29,157 nucleotides of DNA from a virus. Its lineage: Duplodnaviria; Caudoviricetes. Shown here piece after piece: positions 23,974 through 29,157 of this stretch; the first letter of the stretch is position 1, and the number at the start of each line of letters is the position of its first letter. Position numbers and translations under genes: made by a program. The stretch lies in the IMG/VR virus record IMGVR_UViG_3300020045_004185, positions 1-29,157 of that record. One strand, given 5' to 3'. The notes beneath the pieces are model-generated. The model was not told where the DNA came from and searched no databases. It saw only the letters and a program-made list of their open reading frames with translations.

Positions 23974-24127
23974 TTTCGTAATATTTGCGTTTTACTTTTC
24001 TTAAACCTATCTTCATTGTGGTTGACATTTGGTGCTTTCCCTTTGCTATTTCGATAACATTGCCACCTCCTAAATATTCGCCTTGCCTTAATAAGTCAAT
24101 TACCTGCACTATAAAGTTCTTTTCCAT
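23963..24127 (-). CDS. 54-aa phage protein (not in ORF track)
   Basis: MEKNFIVQVIDLLRQGEYLGGGNVIEIAKGKH...; fills the gap and overlaps both neighbours. Confidence 0.65.
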   Translation of the reverse strand: MEKNFIVQVIDLLRQGEYLGGGNVIEIAKGKHQMSTTMKIGLRKVKRKYYENGN

Positions 24128-26145
24128 TATATGTTGAATAGGTTAAATTTTATTTCACCGTTGGTTATATTAACATCCATTGTATTTATCCTAAAATAAT
24201 TACCTCCAATAACTATCTTGTCATTTAATTGAATTTCCGATATAATATTTAAAGGTATGTTTTTAGTTATTACGCTATAACTACGCCTTTTTATATTGAA
24301 TAGGCTATTGATATAATTTTGATGGTATTCAGTATAAAGGCTATCGGTAATTGTCAATTTGCTAAATTCCTCAATCTCGCTTCCAAATACTAAACCAGTT
24401 CCCAATGTTAATGCTCCGGCAACTCTAATATGTGAAGGTGAATAATATGAAGATGTTAAATTCTCTATTCCGGCCCCGTTATTAAAGCATAATGTTTTGC
24501 TACCTATGGTTCTTAAAATAGCGAAATGGATATGCGGATTGATTTTCACCGGCTCTAATTTATCATCAATCAAAGCACCATATTGAATATTGGTATTTGT
24601 ATTTGTTTCCGTGTCAACCAACCGCTCATAAATAATCTGCTCAAATGGTAGCTGAATATCCATACTGCTACCATCAATAAGCTCTCCATTATCATCGTAG
24701 ATATAAAGTATCTCATCACCGTATGCCTCTTCTGTGGTTCCCTTGAATTGCTTATTTAAAACCGTTGTAGGCTCTTTAAATTTATATGATATTTTATTTA
24801 ATAGGTCGGGCCGCGATACTTCAATCTGTGAAATATCAACATACTTTGTTATGTCGATTGTATTCCCTGCATTGTAATATGTTGTAACCGGGTTTATATA
24901 AATATCCGTTTCGCTTGTCGGAATTATTACACATTTAAAAGCCTGAGTTAACCCCTTTAAAAAATCTATTACGGTAATGTCCGGCATATTTTGTGATACC
25001 TCATAATAATCAATAGTTATAATATTTGGAGTTGCTGTTGTTGCCGATTCGCTATAAATTATAGGGGTTACTTGTTCAGCCGTAATTGTCGGAGTATATT
25101 CCATATATTCAGCCGATTCTATTTCAAAATATATGGTTTTAATTCCGCTTACGCCAATTAATCTTTTTGATAGTTGAGTTGTTCCGATTACGCTTATCTG
25201 TTCATCAAGAACATCGTCAACATACATCTTTAAAGTATATGGTATATCACTATATGTAATTACTGGCACAATGTCACAAAATATATCATATTCATAAAAC
25301 CGGTTAGCAACATTAATTTGAACACTACTATCAGCTTGAATATAAGTGTAACTACCTGCATCTACCGTAACTCTTTCAGTTGTTTTTGGCTTTATATTAT
25401 CACCCCTATCCAAACACAAATAAAGGTTGTCGAATAGTGTAGTATCGAAAAAACCACCCGTAAAATTAATACCGTAATAAGTTTCTATTTTTTCAATGAT
25501 TGATCTTATTTTAAATGATGTCTTCAGTTCGTCCCATTTAGCACCATTGGCAGTCAATGAAGCTAAATAATATAAGTTTCCTTCTAATGTAGGATCGTAA
25601 GCATCGCTATTTGAAGCATAGAAATACTTCCTATTAGATAACAAAGAACAAATTAAATCATCTCTATGCCCGATTGCCAATAAAACTTCATTTGGTGTCT
25701 GGTTGTTTGTAAGCAATGCTTTTATGAAATCAGGAACATAAGGCTCCGTAAATTCTGAATAATCCAATACGTCTAATTTATCATTGCCTAAAATGTTTTT
25801 TAAAGAAACTAGCAACCCGAAAAAGTTAATCATGTATGAACTCGGATTTCCGCTTTTCATTAATACTTTAGTAAGTGTTATCTCACCTTCCCGAAAAACT
25901 ATGCCTCCTATTTCAATCCTGGCAGTTGTTTTCTTTCTTGCATCGAAAGCATTATCAATATCGGAGTTATAATAATGTTTAAATATATTGTTGTTATTAT
26001 TCGATGCCGGTACCGTAAACGATCTTGAATATTCGGTTGTGTTAATAGATATATCCTGCACGTTTAAAACACTTGAAACGATGCTTATGTCTTCATCTTC
26101 AAATAAATCTAATCTTTGATTCTCTATAAAAATACCTAATATCAT
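24127..26145 (-). CDS. tail/baseplate structural protein
   Basis: RLDLFEDEDI, YSRSFTVPAS..NN.IFKHYYN; C-terminal LNDKIVI...FRIN. Confidence 0.75.
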   Translation of the reverse strand: MILGIFIENQRLDLFEDEDISIVSSVLNVQDISINTTEYSRSFTVPASNNNNNIFKHYYNSDIDNAFDARKKTTARIEIGGIVFREGEITLTKVLMKSGNPSSYMINFFGLLVSLKNILGNDKLDVLDYSEFTEPYVPDFIKALLTNNQTPNEVLLAIGHRDDLICSLLSNRKYFYASNSDAYDPTLEGNLYYLASLTANGAKWDELKTSFKIRSIIEKIETYYGINFTGGFFDTTLFDNLYLCLDRGDNIKPKTTERVTVDAGSYTYIQADSSVQINVANRFYEYDIFCDIVPVITYSDIPYTLKMYVDDVLDEQISVIGTTQLSKRLIGVSGIKTIYFEIESAEYMEYTPTITAEQVTPIIYSESATTATPNIITIDYYEVSQNMPDITVIDFLKGLTQAFKCVIIPTSETDIYINPVTTYYNAGNTIDITKYVDISQIEVSRPDLLNKISYKFKEPTTVLNKQFKGTTEEAYGDEILYIYDDNGELIDGSSMDIQLPFEQIIYERLVDTETNTNTNIQYGALIDDKLEPVKINPHIHFAILRTIGSKTLCFNNGAGIENLTSSYYSPSHIRVAGALTLGTGLVFGSEIEEFSKLTITDSLYTEYHQNYINSLFNIKRRSYSVITKNIPLNIISEIQLNDKIVIGGNYFRINTMDVNITNGEIKFNLFNI

Positions 26146-28427
26146 ACGTTATTTATTTCGTTGTATGAATACTCAAAATCCAAAACATAATTAATAAGCT
26201 GGTCATTTATTCGTGTTTTAAATTCCAAACTTTTAGATTTTAAATTAACCGGTATAGTTGTACCGTTGTAAAGCATCCATATTTTTTCAGACAATAACAG
26301 TTCTTTTATTGAACTATTACTCGATTCAGGAATAAAACCGCTACTTAACTGGATATTTGTTTTACCGTTTATATTAAAATCCGTAAACTGATGATAACTG
26401 TCTGATGGCTGTTGACCAAAACCCTGATATTTTTCTCCTGTTATTGCTATGCTTTCTTTCCGCTGTTTTCGCATTGATACAGTTTGCTGGCATCCGTATT
26501 TGTTTATAAAATAAATATCAGTATTGATATGCTTTTCGTCATCGTCTAAAAGGATACGAATAGTTTGAGCGCCAACTGTTACTAATATCTGACCATCCGA
26601 TCCAGCCCCCAATCCTGCTATATTTATTTCATTATTACAGAATTTAGAAAAACTATGGAAACAGTGTCCAGAGCTTGCAGTTACTCTATTTAAAATAATT
26701 TCATAAATTGAAGGTGACAAATATGCTTGTGATGTTATGGAATTAAATGTATTATAAATAAATTCATTATCTAATATAAGTACATAAGCTCCATGATTAT
26801 ATATTGTTTGTGTTCCAACGCTATTTATTAATTTACTATGCTTGCATATGTAATTAGATAAAGATGCTATTGTTGGAAATGATGCAATATTTAAAATATA
26901 ATCCGATGTATTTGTAAAATAAGAATCATTTATAAATACATTTCCAGTTAAAGTGTTTGTAAATAAAGCACCGCCTAAAGAAATAGTATTTGTAATTGTA
27001 ATATTTCCAGCACCACGATACCATATTGTTCTTTGTATGCTTACCCTTGAAAAATAGCATTTATTAATAGTCAAATTAAGGCCATTGCATGTTAATCCTT
27101 CAGTAGTTGTATTTGGAATAATATTTAATCCTTCCAATGTTATACCATTTGCATACAATTGTATGGTATAACTTTGTGATACAGTTGGTTGCAACACCAC
27201 ATTACCCAATCCATAAAAAGTAATATTTGCTTTTGAGCAAGTAACATTTTCAACATATTTTCCACTATAAATATAAATCCTATCTCCTGCAGTTGCCGCT
27301 GTAATTGCTGCTGAAATAGTTGCATAAGTCTTACCGCTTCCAACCTCACGTATATTTGAAGCCTGTTTTGTTGGTACGCTAAAATAATTATTTACCGTTG
27401 TTAAGTCTGCGCCTGTTTTAACGGTGTTATATAGAACAATCTTTTGAACTGACGGTTGCACAACCTCCATATCGTAATCCTCAAAAACACCTGTTATATG
27501 TGTTTCTATGGGTACTGATACAACTTGTTGAGCGTTATGTAAACAGAATATTTTACCAGCATAATCCACATTTTCAAAGAATGAAACTACTGGTATTTGA
27601 TTTGGTATACCGCCAGTATAAAAGAAGTTGTTTAAATCGGATGCTATCAAAGTGGCATTTCCTGCGGGTGCTGAAACGGTTGCTGCTGTTTTGTATGGAA
27701 ATCCTTTAGTCCAATCAGTGTCGAAGTCATAACCTGTAATAAGCAAATCGGCAACGCCTTTTTTACCTTTGAAGTATTTTGTTCCTGTTACGTCAATTAC
27801 TGTTCCATCCCAATATTCGACTGCATCGGAGTAAAATGGTACTAAGTAACCAAACCTTGCTAATATACTTTTAATACCATTTATTACATAAGTATATGGG
27901 TTATTTGTTGTTGGTATTGTATCATCAACAAATTCAATAAATTCATTATCCGTATCGGGTGTAGCTGTTATTACGTTTGAACCTTCTGGAATTTGATGAT
28001 CTCCAACGTCAGGATTAACAGTCCCGTTGCCTTCTTTTGTAACTGTTAATGTCCAATAAGTAATAATAGCTTTTACATATCCCACAATCACGGTAGCTTT
28101 ATCAGTAAACCATACCAAAGTACTTGTAAAAAAAGTTTGAGTTGCCTCTCCATCGGGAGTAATCTCTATTTTTTCAAACTCATCTACTAAAGGATTGGTT
28201 ACTGTTACTTCGATTGTGATATTGCCTTCATCTTTTAACCCGCTCGATGGTGTGATTGTTCCCGCTCCGTTTACTGAGGTTGTTACTAACCATTGTTTTA
28301 TAAAGTTGGCTACCAAAGTAAAAGATTGCAAAGCTTTAATAGCAATTGGATTTACCAAACTTTCAACACTATTATAAAGCCATTTTAAAAAACGAAAACA
28401 AATAATTATGAATCTAAAATTTATCAT
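26142..28427 (-). CDS. mosaic tail/adhesin protein (B-repeat-like and beta-helix regions plus tail C-terminus); 5' end probably truncated
   Basis: LTVTKEGNGTV repeats, VGSGKTYATISAAI...G.Y.E beta-helix cap, C-terminal FINKYG...LLLSEKIW; first ~18 codons look spurious. Confidence 0.6.
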   Translation of the reverse strand: MINFRFIIICFRFLKWLYNSVESLVNPIAIKALQSFTLVANFIKQWLVTTSVNGAGTITPSSGLKDEGNITIEVTVTNPLVDEFEKIEITPDGEATQTFFTSTLVWFTDKATVIVGYVKAIITYWTLTVTKEGNGTVNPDVGDHQIPEGSNVITATPDTDNEFIEFVDDTIPTTNNPYTYVINGIKSILARFGYLVPFYSDAVEYWDGTVIDVTGTKYFKGKKGVADLLITGYDFDTDWTKGFPYKTAATVSAPAGNATLIASDLNNFFYTGGIPNQIPVVSFFENVDYAGKIFCLHNAQQVVSVPIETHITGVFEDYDMEVVQPSVQKIVLYNTVKTGADLTTVNNYFSVPTKQASNIREVGSGKTYATISAAITAATAGDRIYIYSGKYVENVTCSKANITFYGLGNVVLQPTVSQSYTIQLYANGITLEGLNIIPNTTTEGLTCNGLNLTINKCYFSRVSIQRTIWYRGAGNITITNTISLGGALFTNTLTGNVFINDSYFTNTSDYILNIASFPTIASLSNYICKHSKLINSVGTQTIYNHGAYVLILDNEFIYNTFNSITSQAYLSPSIYEIILNRVTASSGHCFHSFSKFCNNEINIAGLGAGSDGQILVTVGAQTIRILLDDDEKHINTDIYFINKYGCQQTVSMRKQRKESIAITGEKYQGFGQQPSDSYHQFTDFNINGKTNIQLSSGFIPESSNSSIKELLLSEKIWMLYNGTTIPVNLKSKSLEFKTRINDQLINYVLDFEYSYNEINNV

Positions 28428-28548
28428 CCTATTACTTGCCCTGATTGTTTTGTCTGGTTGTTTAAATCGTAAGTATGATTCGAATAGTTATAATTTTCGG
28501 TTTCGTCTCGAACAGGGGAATATGAGTGATTTAAATAAACATAATTAA
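28408..28548 (+). CDS. 46-aa putative lipoprotein (not in ORF track)
   Basis: MNLKFIILLLALIVLSGC lipobox. Confidence 0.5.
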   Translation: MNLKFIILLLALIVLSGCLNRKYDSNSYNFRFRLEQGNMSDLNKHN

Positions 28549-28557
28549 CAAATAAAC

Positions 28558-28746
28558 ATGAATAAGAAATCCGCCCCAAAATACAAAAAGGTTACTTTAA
28601 ACGAATTGTTTGATGTTTTAAGTTTTTATGCGGACAAGGAAAATTATTATAGTCTTCCAACTCCCGTACTTAATGATAATGGTAAAAAAGCCCGCAAAAT
28701 ACTAAAAAGATTATTAAAAGAACAATTGGATATTATAAACAAATAA
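28558..28746 (+). CDS. hypothetical protein
   Basis: ORF track; A-rich leader. Confidence 0.65.
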   Translation: MNKKSAPKYKKVTLNELFDVLSFYADKENYYSLPTPVLNDNGKKARKILKRLLKEQLDIINK

Positions 28747-28750
28747 AAAC

Positions 28751-29008
28751 ATGAAAGTCAAAACCTTAATCCAAAAACTCCAAAAACTAGACCCCAATTA
28801 TGAAGTTATTCTGGCTTCAGATTCGGAGGGCAATTCTTATCATGAATTAAATTCTGTAAACAATGACGAAATACATTACGCTCAAAGAATAGAAAGATAT
28901 GATGACGGTATGAGTTTTGAAAGAGAAATAGAACTTGGGGATTTATGTGATTTTAAACCGGTTACTGGTTATACAAAGCCTAAAAAATGTATTGTATTGT
29001 ATCCTTGA
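28751..29008 (+). CDS. hypothetical phage protein
   Basis: MKVKTLIQKLQKLDPNYEVILASDSEGNSY...IVLYP, a common small-phage-protein pattern. Confidence 0.75.
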   Translation: MKVKTLIQKLQKLDPNYEVILASDSEGNSYHELNSVNNDEIHYAQRIERYDDGMSFEREIELGDLCDFKPVTGYTKPKKCIVLYP

Positions 29009-29018
29009 TTTAAAAAAT

Positions 29019-29157
29019 ATGAAAAAACTATTATTTTTAATATTAACAACATTATTAATTCCTATAACCTTAAAATCTCAAGATGATTTTCCGTGCCGCC
29101 TTGACATTCAGGTTTATGGTAAATCTTCGATATTATTAACACTGCATAATCCTCTAA
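29019..29157 (+). CDS. exported protein, partial
   Basis: MKKLLFLILTTLLIPITLKSQ signal peptide; frame open to the window end. Confidence 0.55.
   Translation, partial: MKKLLFLILTTLLIPITLKSQDDFPCRLDIQVYGKSSILLTLHNPL

Noticed and set aside
11713-28377. + strand ORFs within the structural/lysis block (e.g. 21123-21623, 22949-23383), and similar ones in the replication block
   Set aside because: Antisense shadows of long, well-supported - strand genes.
1-29157. Integrase/tyrosine recombinase and terminase
   Set aside because: No ORF shows R-H-x-x-R-H-Y recombinase or terminase ATPase motifs; they may lie outside the window.

Overview
AT-rich fragment of a tailed dsDNA phage or prophage, most likely infecting Bacteroidota (inferred from TAnnTTTG-like promoters, A-rich leaders without Shine-Dalgarno sites, and the protein families). 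The minus strand carries an early/replication block (~0.9-8.4 kb: DnaA-C-like HTH, NinB-like, PD-(D/E)XK nuclease, HNH, DnaB, DUF4373-type initiator, KilA-N, SSB-like). It also carries a morphogenesis and lysis block (~11.6-28.4 kb: tail proteins, tape measure, prohead protease, major capsid, tail tube, portal, head-tail connector, tail fibre, FISUMP-like protein, lysis genes). The main discovery lies between these blocks: an integron-like gene-cassette array on the + strand (8.52-11.39 kb). Six attC-like imperfect hairpins (TAAC...GTTA, five of them 123-124 nt) each precede a small cargo unit whose two ends are reverse-complementary, and the array closes with a 21-nt half-site. A second, single-cassette array on the - strand (0.90-1.29 kb) ends in a 20/21-identical half-site. 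No integrase is present in the window. Both ends of the window (<~890 and >~28370) look like junctions to unrelated DNA. All protein family calls come from motif recognition, not database searches.
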